DNA of 64,000 nt from Scyliorhinus canicula (taxonomy: Eukaryota): contig NC_052171.1 in assembly GCF_902713615.1 (NCBI RefSeq), positions 8,583,209-8,647,208 on the forward strand, written 5' to 3'. Below, in pieces: positions 38,333-47,725 of the stretch. A program made the position numbers and the translations under genes. Numbering within the stretch: the first letter of the stretch is position 1; each line of letters begins with the position of its first letter. Below the pieces are notes generated by a model, which did not search any database, was not told where the DNA came from, and worked only from the letters and a program-made list of their open reading frames with translations.

Positions 38333-38589
38333 TACCTCACGGATTCAGCCCTCTCACTTCCGTTAAATTGCCAGATTACCCAAGGCCTGGGAAACCCAGC
38401 CAACTGCTGGGTTTAAACAAAATAAAATAAAATGAGAAGAGGTACGCAACTCATTGTCATGTTTAAAATCTGCTTCCCGGGACTGGGTGGTGCCTCTCGT
38501 TCCACCTTCATCAAAAGCGGGTGTGAGCCGGTTTGGTTCCTCTTTCTGAATGATCGCCTCTGACACAACTCCAACACTTCCATTTACAT

Positions 38590-39045
38590 AGATACATAGA
38601 AGACCCTTCAAGCCTGCTCTGCCATTTATCACAATCACGGCTGATCATCCAACTCAATAGCCTAATCCTGCTTTCTCCCCATAGCCTTTGATCCCATTCT
38701 CCCCAAGTGCTATATCCAACCGCCTCTTGAATGTATTCAAAGTTTTAACATCAACTACTTCCTGTGGTAATGAATTCCACAGGCTCACCAATCTCTGGGT
38801 GAAGAAATGTCTCCTTATCTCTGTCCGAAATGGTTTACCCTGAATCCTCAGGCTGTGACCCCTGGTTCTGGACACACCCATCATTGGTAACATCTTCCCA
38901 GCATCTACCCTGTCCAGTCCTGTTAGAATTGTATAAGTCTCTATGAGATTCCCCCCTCATTCTTCTGAACTTCAGCGAGAACAATCCCAACCTAGTCAAT
39001 CTCTCCTCATATGACAGTCCCGCCATCTCTGGAATCAGTCTGGTA
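38590..39045 (-). mobile_element. CR1 3' fragment
   Basis: RTRGHSLRI...FFTQRLVSLWNSLP. Confidence 0.88.
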
Positions 39046-39315
39046 GTTTCCGGGAGTTCAAATTCAATGTCGACACCAGTTGAGAGCCTGGCTCTTTCCC
39101 AAATGGCCCTTCCCCCATCGCTGCCATTCCAACTCATTTTGTGCGTTGTACGTCTACATGTTTAGGATTGAAATAAACTCCCCCAAAAGACTTCCTCCTT
39201 TAAGCCGTGACTTCATGCTTTGCTTGCCAGACCAGATAGCACGGTCCAGGCGCAGATAAGCACCTGACCAAATTTCATTTAATAGGGCAACAAAACGCAG
39301 AGAGAAAGCACTCAC

Positions 39316-39414
39316 CTTCAGTGTTCTGGGATCCACCAGGTGAGCCGCTATTGTCAATTCATACTCCGAGAGATTGAGTCCTTCCACACCAATCTGTTTC
39401 ATCAGCCTTGCTGC
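39316..39414 (-). CDS. atad1: ATAD1 coding exon 2
   Basis: AARLMKQIGVEGLNLSEYELTIAAHLVDPRTLK; 99 nt; AG/GTGAG boundaries. Confidence 0.95.
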
Positions 39415-39846
39415 CTGTTGAACAGTTCAACAAACACAATTTGGCTGCAGTCGCACTAATGCCGGCGAAGTCTGTACATTTAAACTGCCCCAATCAGTGT
39501 CAGAAACGATGGGAGTGGTGGGGGCAGGGGCCGAATACGGACAACCGGGCCCTTTTGTTCCTGCTGTCAACAAGTGCAAACCCCAGTCAGCTCAGGTTAA
39601 CCTCCTTACCCACAACGTCTGAAATGTTAAGTCAGGCCGGCTGCCCGTCCAAAGGTGAATGTGATTGTCCAGAATTGAATGGCACAGCTGGGGTTGAGAG
39701 AGTTAAACCCAGTTCTGAAGCGAGAAAGACTGAGGGATGTGATAGGTTAACTTCAACTGGCCTGTCAAAAAAGCTGATCTCGTCGTGATAAATGAGCTCA
39801 TCGCATTCCGAACAAACATTTTTCAACACAAGTCTCTCCTGTTTAA

Positions 39847-40250
39847 TCACAGAATCCCTACAGTGCAGGAGGCCATTTGGCCCATCGAGGATGCACTGGC
39901 CCTTGCTCCGATAGAACACCCTACCTAGGCCCAATCCTCGCTCCTATCCCCGTAACCACAATCATGGGCAATATTAGCACGGCCAATCCACCTAATCTGC
40001 ACATTTTTGGACTATGGGAGGAAACCGAAGACCATAGGACTTAGGAGCCGAATTAGGCCACTCGGCCCATCGAGTCTGCTTCGCCATTCAATCATGGCTG
40101 GTATTTTCTCATCCCCATTCTCCTGCCTTCTCCCCAATAAGCACCCGGAGGAAACCCATGCAGACACGAGGAGAACGTGCAAACTCCACACAGTCACCCG
40201 AGGCCGGAATCAAACCCAGGTCTTGGCGCTGTGAGGGTCACTGCGCCATC
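39847..40250 (-). mobile_element. SINE with a CR1 3'-tail insert (40031-40140)
   Basis: SINE sequence resumes after the insert. Confidence 0.75.
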
Positions 40251-40283
40251 TTTTTAATAGCGGCGTGGACTTAACAAGCCTAC

Positions 40284-40418
40284 CTTTTTCTTGGCCTCGA
40301 TCTTCGGCCTCCTTGCCGGATCGATGATATCCACCATCCACTTGATGCCAAAGTACGTGGCAGCGCCAAACACCGTGAGGCGGAAGAGCGTCCCGAGCAC
40401 CTCACTCTGGCTCAGCAT
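40284..40418 (-). CDS. atad1: ATAD1/Msp1 coding exon 1 (N-terminal membrane anchor)
   Basis: MLSQSEVLGTLFRLTVFGAATYFGIKWMVDIIDPARRPKIEAKKK; AG acceptor at 40474-40475, GTAGG donor. An upstream out-of-frame ATG lies at 40456 (see findings). Confidence 0.9.
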
Positions 40419-41456
40419 CGTGCCAGTATGTCCTTTGAGGGTTCATTCAGCAGCATGTTCGCGACTTGTTAAACTGTGACAGATTTAAAAAGAATCAGAG
40501 GTAGCAGGGTGCTTGGCAGCCAGTGCCTTTCAGCTGACCTACGAACAAAATGACAGTGGACTGGGCTTTCATCAGTCTGGATCCCCTCAAAACTAGGCAG
40601 GGGTTTGTCGATGCACCCTGGGATGAGTGGTTAGGCCAGGGGAACGAGGCACTGTATCTATAAGGGGCAATTTAGCGTGGCCAATCCACCTACCCTGCAC
40701 ATCTTTGGATTGTGCAAACTCCACAGTGACCCAGAGCCAGGAATGAACCTGGGACCTCGGCGCCGTGAGGCAGCAGGGTTAACCCGCTGCGCCAACGTGC
40801 TGCCCATATGTGTAACAGAGTTTTGAAACCAGCAAGCAATAAGTGGGGGGGGGGGGGGGGGGGGGGGTGTTGAAACGATCAACGGAAGGAGAAAAGGGGG
40901 GGTGGGAAAGAGGACATCAAGCAGAGCATAGAGCAAGCAGGGAGCCAGAGGGGTGAGTGGCAGGGACGCACATGGGTGCAAGCCTAACAAAAATAGGAGC
41001 CCCATATCCGTGCCGATGTTATTTTTAGCTGTATGCCTGCTTGTTTGCCATATATATGTGTGTGCACCCATATGTGTAGATTCCTCTTCATTGTTGTGTG
41101 ATAGCACTGGCAAAGGCTATTATAAATAAGTTTAATACCAATAAAAGGATTTTTTACAAAAAGGTTTGAGCGTTCTTGGAGCTGCACTTATCCGGGCAAG
41201 GCATTTTGGGTGGCATGGGGGGGGGGGAAGAGTATTCTTTGGCAAGCCGCTGACCTGTTCTGGTGGCAGCCACAGCCAATTCAGTTTCTGCTCAATGGTT
41301 AAACCCCTGGGATGTTAGCATGGAAGGGGAGGAATTTGGCAATATAGTTAGAGAGAGGCTTTGAAAGGCCTTCTTACACTCTGGTGGAATTGTGGACACT
41401 TGTCTGCACCAGAAGGCCAGGACATGTAAACACGTGCTCCCTGCAGAGAGCAGGCG

Positions 41457-41916
41457 CCGGCACTGCCAACAATGCGCACGTGAAGGGGACCGGCACTGCC
41501 AACAATGCGCACGCGAAGGGGACCGGCACTGCCAACAATGCGCACGTGAAGGGGACCGGCACTGCCAACAATGCGCACGCGAAGGGGACCGGCACTGCCA
41601 ACAATGCGCACGTGAAGGGGACCGGCACTGCCAACAATGCGCACGCGAAGGGGACCGGCACTGCCAACAATGCGCACGCGAAGGGGACCGGCACTGCCAA
41701 CAATGCGCACGTGAAGGGGACCGGCACTGCCAACAATGCGCACGTGAAGGGGACCGGCACTGCCCACAATGCGCACGCGAAGGGGACCGGCACTGCCAAC
41801 AATGCGCACGTGAAGGGGACCGGCACTGCCAACAATGCGCACGCGAAGGGGACCGGCACTGCCAACAATGCGCACGCGAAGGGGACCGGCACTGCCAACA
41901 ATGCGCACGCGAAGGG
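41457..41916. repeat. 33-bp CpG-rich VNTR, 14 copies
   Basis: Unit CCGGCACTGCCAACAATGCGCACGYGAAGGGGA. Confidence 0.97.
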
Positions 41917-42075
41917 TGCCAGAGGCCGGCGCTGCCCACGGCGCATGCGCTGGGAACGGAGCCGGCGCCTCCCATTCGCATGCGCCGACACCCCAAGAAG
42001 CGCCAACACGGAGAAGAGGCTTTCCCTTTAGTAAAGCGAAAAACCCCGACCCCGTTCGACGGCTGTGCCCCTCAC

Positions 42076-42200
42076 CCGCCTCCGGTCGCTGGGCCTGAGG
42101 CGAAACGCTCAGATGTTGGCCCGCGAGGTTCACGGACGCTCACAGCCGCCGCCATCTTCCCCCGCGCGACCGACAGTACGGTCCGGCTGGAAAACGGGGT
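42076..42200 (-). promoter_or_regulatory. Putative atad1 core promoter / non-coding first exon in a CpG island
   Basis: CpG-rich; YY1-type AAGATGGCGGC on the minus strand at ~42148-42158; GTGAG donors at 42071-42075 and 42139-42143; NRF1-like GCGCATGCGC at 41941-41950. Confidence 0.6.
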
Positions 42201-42469
42201 CCGGCCGATGGTTCCGCTCTGGCTCGAAAGGTCCTACCCTGCCACACATGCTTGCATTTCCTGCTCAAACAACTTCTGAAAATTGTATACCCGTGTGGCG
42301 TCTCTTGCATCCATTCATTTGCAAGTTCCACTGATTAAAGAGGATTTGAAAATAAATCTATTTATTACATTAAATGTCAGGCAACTGACACTATGCAGCA
42401 TTTTAGACAACGGTTGCAACTCATTCACATACCATGCATTCGAGCTGACATTGTGGCGACTTTTATACA

Positions 42470-42842
42470 GGGTGGCACTGCGGTCAGCACTGCTGCCTTG
42501 CAGCGCCAGGGACCCGGGTTCGATTCCGGCCTTGGGTGACTGTGTGGAGTTTGCACCTATTATAATAATCTTTATTAGTGTCACAAGTAAGCTTACATTA
42601 ACGCTGCAATGAAGTTACTGTGAAAATCCCCTCGTTGCCACATTCCGGCACCTGTTCGGGTACACAGAGGGAGAATTCAGAATGTCCAAATTACCTAACA
42701 GCACGTCTTTCGGGACTCATGGGAGGAAACCGGAGCGCTCGGAGGAATCCCATGCAGACACGGGGAGATTATGCAGGCTCCGCACAGACAGTGACCCAAG
42801 CCAGGAATCGAACCTGTGAAGCAACAGTGCTACCACTGTGCT
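42470..42842. mobile_element. Two SINEs tail-to-tail (plus 42470-42557, minus 42560-42842)
   Basis: Family similarity in opposite orientations. Confidence 0.8.
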
Positions 42843-43104
42843 TACATACCGCTGTTCGACACTTCACATTGTGTCATATTGCTTTCCAGCCACTTCAATA
42901 ATTTTTGAGGCACAGTCAGTTGTAATGTTGGAAACATGCCAACTTGTACACATCAATCTCCCACAAACAGCCGTGAGGTGGATGACCAGGGCATCTGTTT
43001 TTAGGAGCAGGAGTGGGCCATTTGTTTTCAAGCCTGCTCCGCCATTTGAGATGATCATGGTTGATCCTTTATCTCAACAGAATACTCTCCCCATATTCAA
43101 AAAA

Positions 43105-43920
43105 AGAACAAAATGAAGTTCAACACAGGAACAGACCCTTCGGCCCTCCAAGCCTGTGCCGATCATGATGCCCTAACTAAATTTAAAAAAACACTTGCCT
43201 TACTCAGTCCGTATCCCTCTATTTCCTCCCTATTCATGCCTCTTAAATGTTGCTAATATTGCCTGCTTCCACCACATCCTCTCCACTCTCTGCGTGGAAA
43301 ACCTACCCCTCATATCCTCCTTAAACTTTCCCCCTCTCACCTTAAATCTGTGCTCCCTTGTAATTGACACTTACACCCTTGGAAAAAGCCTGACTATCCC
43401 CCCTCTCTATGCCTCAGAAATATGTAGACCTCTATCAGGTCTCCCCTCAGCCTCCGTTTTCCAGTGAAAACAATCCTAGTTTATTCAACCTCTCCTCGTG
43501 GCCAACACCCTCGAGACCAGGCAACATCCTGGTGAACCTTCTTTGCCCTCTCTCCAAAGCTTCCACATCCTTCTGATATTGTGGTGACCAGAACTGCACG
43601 CAATACTCCAAAAGCAGCCTAACCAAGGTTTTATACAGCTGCAACATGATTTCCCAACTCCTGTACTCAATGCCCTGGCTGATGAAGGCAAGCATGCCAT
43701 TAGCCTACTTAGATCACCGTGGTCACCTGTGCTGCCACTTTTAGGGAACTGTGGTCCTGCACGCCCAGATCCCTCTGTATGTTAATGTTCCTAAAGGTTC
43801 TACCATTTACAGTATAATTTATACCTGGATTTGATCCTCCAACATGCATCACTTTGCATTAGTCCAGATTAAACTTCATCTGCCATTTCTGTGCCAAGAC
43901 TACAATCTATCTATATCCTA
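43105..43920 (-). mobile_element. CR1 3' fragment, abutting the Penelope element at 43921
   Basis: LYKTLVRLLLEYCVQFWSP motif. Confidence 0.85.
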
Positions 43921-44720
43921 GTAAGAAGTCTTACAACACCAGGTTAAAGTCCAACAGGTTTGTTTCAAACACGAGCTTTCGGAGCACAGCTCCTTCCTCA
44001 GGTGAATGGCGAGGTATGTTCCAGAAACATTTATATAGACAAAGTCAGAGATGCCCGGACAATGCTTGGAATGCGAGCATTTGCAGGTAATCAAATCATT
44101 ATAGATCCAGGGAGAGGGATAATCACAGGTTAAAGAGGTGTGAATTGTCTCAAGCCAGGACAGTTGGTAGGATTTTGCAAGTCCAGGCCAGATGGTGGGG
44201 GGTGGATGTAATGCGACATGAATCCAAGATCCCTGTTGAGGCCGCACTCATGCGTGCGGAACTTAGCTATAAGTTTTTGCTTGGCAATTCTGCGTTGTCG
44301 CGTGTCCTGAAGACCGCCTTGGAGATCGCTTACCCGGAGATCAGAGGCTGAATGCCCTTGACTGCTGAAGTGTTCCCCGACTGGAAGGGAACGTTCCTGC
44401 CTGGTGATTGTCGCACGATGCCCGTTCATTCGTTGTCGCAGTGTCTGCATGGTCTCGCCAATGTACCACGCTTCGGGACATCCTTTCCTGCAGCGTAAGA
44501 GGTAGACTACATTGTTCGAGTCGCATGAGTATGTGCCGCGTACCTGGTGGGTGGTGTTACCACGTGTAATGGTGGTATCCAAGTCAATGATCTGGCATGT
44601 CTTGCAGAGATTGCCCTGGCAGGGTTGTGTGGTGTAGTGGTCGCTGTTCTGAAGGCTGGGTAATTTGCTGCAAACAATGGTTTGTTTGAGGTTACGCGGT
44701 TGTTTGAAGGCCAGTAGTAG
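43921..44720 (-). mobile_element. Penelope-like retroelement 3' part: GIY-YIG endonuclease + terminal repeat
   Basis: Minus-strand ORF contains CxxC, NVVYLLRC...AWYIGETMQTLRQRMNGHR...EHF...GLNRD, typical of a PLE GIY-YIG domain. Confidence 0.9.
43970..44004 (-). ncRNA. Minimal type-I hammerhead ribozyme (second copy)
   Basis: Same motif on the minus strand, loop UGU. Confidence 0.75.
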
Positions 44721-44772
44721 CGACAACGCAGAATTGCTGAGCAAAAATTTGTCTATATAAATGTTTCTGGAA

Positions 44773-45570
44773 TGTGAGGTCTTGCACTTTGGAAAAAAGA
44801 ATCCAAGCATAGACTACTTTCTAAACGGTGAGAAAATTCATAATGCCAAAGTACAAAGGGATCTGGGAGTGCTAGTCGAGGATTCCCTAAAGGTAAACAT
44901 GCAGGTTGAATCTGTGATTAAGAAAGCAAATGCAATGTTGTCATTTATCTCAAGAGGGTTGGAATATAAAAGCAGCGATGTGCTACTGAGCCTTTATAAG
45001 GCTCTGGTTAGGCCCCATTTGGAGTACTGTGTCCAGTTTTGGGTCCCACATCTCAGGAAGGACATACTGGCACTGGAGCGTGTCCAGCGGAGATTCACAC
45101 GGATGATCCCTGGAATGGCGGGTCTAACATATGATGAACGGCTGAGGATCCTGGGATTGTATTCATTGGAGTTTAGAAGGTTAAGGGGAGATCTAATAGA
45201 AACTTACAAGATAATACATGGCTTAGAAAGGGTGGACGCAAAGAAAATGTTTCCGTTAGGCGAGGAGACGAGGACCCGTGGGCACAGCCTTAGAATTAGA
45301 GGGGGTAAATTCAGAACAGAAATGCGGAGACATTTCTTCAGCCAGAGAGTGGTGGGCCTGTGGAATTCATTGCCACGGAGTGCAGTGGAGGCCGGGACGC
45401 TAAATGGCTTCAAGGCAGAGATAGATAAATTCTTGATGTCGCGAGGAATTAAGGTCTACGGGGAGAATGCTGGTAGGTGGAGTTGAAATGCCCATCAGCC
45501 ATGATTGAATGGCGGAGTGGACTCGATGGGCCGAATGGCCTTACTTCCACTCCTATGTCTTATGGTCTTA
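44773..45570 (+). mobile_element. CR1-type LINE 3' fragment (RT C-terminus + 3' UTR)
   Basis: ORF with CEVLHFG...RDLGV...LYKALVRPHLEYCVQFW...RRLRGDLIETYKI...RTRGH; flanked by a TGGAA duplication. Confidence 0.93.
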
Positions 45571-45580
45571 TGGAACATAC

Positions 45581-45930
45581 GGGGCAACACGGTAGCATGG
45601 TGGTTAGCATAAATGCTTCACAGCTACAGGGTCCCAGGTTCGATTCCCGGCTGGGTCACTGTCTGTGCGGAGTCTGTACGTCCTCCCCGTGTGCGCGTGG
45701 GTTTCCTCCGGGTGCTCCGGTTTCCTCCCACAGTCCAAAGATGTGCGGGTTAGGTGGATTGGCCATGCTAAATTGCCCGTAGTGTCCTAAAAAGTAAGGT
45801 TAAGGGGGGGGTTATTGGGTTACGGGTATAGGGTGGATACGTGGGTTTGAGTAGGGTGATCATGGCTCGGCACAACATCGAGGGCCGAAGGGCCTGTTCT
45901 GTGCTGTACTGTTCTATGTTCTATGTTCTA
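45581..45930 (+). mobile_element. tRNA-derived SINE, full length, young subfamily
   Basis: A/B-box-like TGGTTAGC...GGTTCGATTCC; (TTCTATG)n tail. Confidence 0.9.
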
Positions 45931-46051
45931 TACCTCGCCATTCACCTGAGGAAGGAGCTGCGCTCCGAAAGCTCGTGTTTGAAACAAACCTGTTGGACTT
46001 TAACCTGGTGTTGTAAGACTTCTTACTGTGCCCACCCCAGTCCAACGCCGG
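45931..46051 (+). mobile_element. Inverted Penelope terminal repeat (distal part)
   Basis: 45931-46026 is the reverse complement of 43921-44016; continues from fragments at 44721-44772 and 45571-45580. Confidence 0.88.
45943..45977 (+). ncRNA. Minimal type-I hammerhead ribozyme in the PLE terminal repeat
   Basis: CAC-CUGAGGA-AGGAGC-UGC-GCUCC-GAAA-GC-UC-GUG: core CUGANGA/GAAA, stem II GGAGC/GCUCC, stem I CAC/GUG. Confidence 0.75.
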
Positions 46052-46259
46052 TGTCCCACCCCAGAGCAAACCCATGGGGAGAATGTGCAGACTCCGCACA
46101 GACAGTGACTCAAGACGGGAATCGAACCAGGCACACTGGCGCTGTGAGGCAGCAGTGTGACGCTGGGGATGCAGGAAGTTCTGGGCACCCCCCAATATTC
46201 CCAAAGTCAAGGGGAAAAGTTGCTCAAAACTTTGGTTGGAGGGGGAGGCTGGCTACCCC

Positions 46260-46610
46260 TGGGACGGTTGATTGACACGGAGCGCAGTGTCAGAGGGGGG
46301 AGCTGGAGCCAATAGGGAGCGAGGATGAGAAAGGAGGCGGGCTTGCGGTGGTAATGGACAGCAAAGTTAACCAATGGGAGGAGGGGTGGTGAGATCAACG
46401 TGGGCCCGGTAACAATTGACAGCACGATCGGCCAATGGGCGGGATGAGCATGGTGATTGACAGGACGATGGACCAATAGGAGGGGCACATGGCGGTGACA
46501 GGCTGCACGATGGACCAATAGGAGGGGGCTCAGAGCTGTGACGGGTAGCACGGCCACCCAATGGGAATGGGCGGACAATCGGGGGCGGGGGCGGGTCCCA
46601 GGCCGGCTCC
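46260..46610 (+). promoter_or_regulatory. wbp1-like promoter: six CCAAT boxes, TALE-type TGACAG motifs, GC box
   Basis: CCAAT at 46309, 46371, 46432, 46473, 46515 and 46558; GGGGCGGGGGCGGG at ~46582; CpG-rich. Confidence 0.75.
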
Positions 46611-46681
46611 ATGGCGGCGGAGGCTGGAGCGGAAATTTCAACTCGATCCAGATGAGAGCGTCGCCCCCGTTGCCCGGAGAC

Positions 46682-46765
46682 ATGGAGAAGATGGTCATCG
46701 GCTTCCTCCTCTTCATCTCCCCGGCTTTCCCCGTCGGGCCGTCGCGGATGGAGCTACACGCTGAG
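46682..46765 (+). CDS. wbp1-like: WBP1/WBP1L-family exon 1 (signal-peptide-like)
   Basis: GACATGG strong Kozak context; MEKMVIGFLLFISPAFPVGPSRMELHAE; GTAGG donor in phase 0, joining in frame to exon 2. An in-frame ATG also exists at 46652. Confidence 0.75.
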
Positions 46766-47416
46766 GTAGGGCCCGGGAAAGGTGGGGGTGCGGCCCGGCC
46801 GGCGCTCCAGGAAAGCCCGAGGCTTCCAGTTGCGAGCCTAGGCCGCGGCTGGGAAGGGCGGACCCGAGGGGCAACCTCGGCCTCCCTCGGGGTTTAAAGC
46901 CGTGCCTGTTTAATGGGGTCAGTACAGACTCGATGGGCTGAGTGGCCTCCTCCTGCACTGTAGGGATTGTCCCAGGGATGCAGCACTGACCTGCTGGCTC
47001 AGGGAGTTTATAACGTGGGGCCCTGACTGGACAGACCAGATACTGGGGGGCAGGAGCCAGGGCACTGCCTGCATTGCTGTAGCGCCTTTTAACGTATCAT
47101 CCTCAGGAGCTCCGGGCACGGGAAGGTCATTCGCCCAGGTTCACCGTCACCAGGTGGGTGATGCAGGGGGGAAAACAAAGCTGGTAGTGGTTAAGAAGCA
47201 TCGTACAGGGCCGCCAGCAACGTTGGGGGCGACGGGGGCCTCAGTATCGGGGAAACAAACGCGAGGCCAGAACTGAAGAGCCGCGAACAAAGTTCCCCAA
47301 GGTGGCAGGACAGGTTGGCGAGGCCGGAAAGACGGACTGAATGGGTGTCCGAGCTATTGCTGGTCAAGGTCCAGGACCCCACAGGGGGTGAGCACGTTCC
47401 TCTGGGTGGTCAAGTT

Positions 47417-47725
47417 TGGGTGGCATAGTAGCACAGTTGCTTCACAGCGCCAGGATCCCACGTTCGATTCCCGGCTTGGGTCACTGTCTGTGCGGAGTCT
47501 GCACGTTCTCCCCGTGTCTGGGTGGGTTTCCTCCGGGTGCTCCGGTTTCCTCCCACAGGTTAGGTGGATTGGCCATGATCAATTGCCTTAGTGTCCAAAA
47601 AGGTTGGGTGAGGTTACTGGATTACGGGGATAGGGCGGAGGCGCAGGATGCTCCTTCTAAGGGCCCGTGAGGACACTGCGGGCCAAATGGTCTCCTTCTG
47701 CACTGTAAATTCTGATATCTATGAA
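47417..47725 (+). mobile_element. SINE
   Basis: Family similarity. Confidence 0.82.

Noticed and set aside
42076-42155. ATG in the YY1 motif as the true ATAD1 start
   Set aside because: Splicing from 42076 to 40473 meets an in-frame TGA before ATG 40418; the alternative donor at 42143 is out of frame with both downstream ATGs.
41292-42279. Five overlapping repeat ORFs (for example HCWQCRSPSRA)
   Set aside because: A 33-bp unit open in most frames; intronic; better explained as a non-coding VNTR.
44761-45486. Host protein-coding gene of 241 aa
   Set aside because: 5'-truncated CR1 ORF2 fragment whose ATG comes from the flanking PLE repeat.
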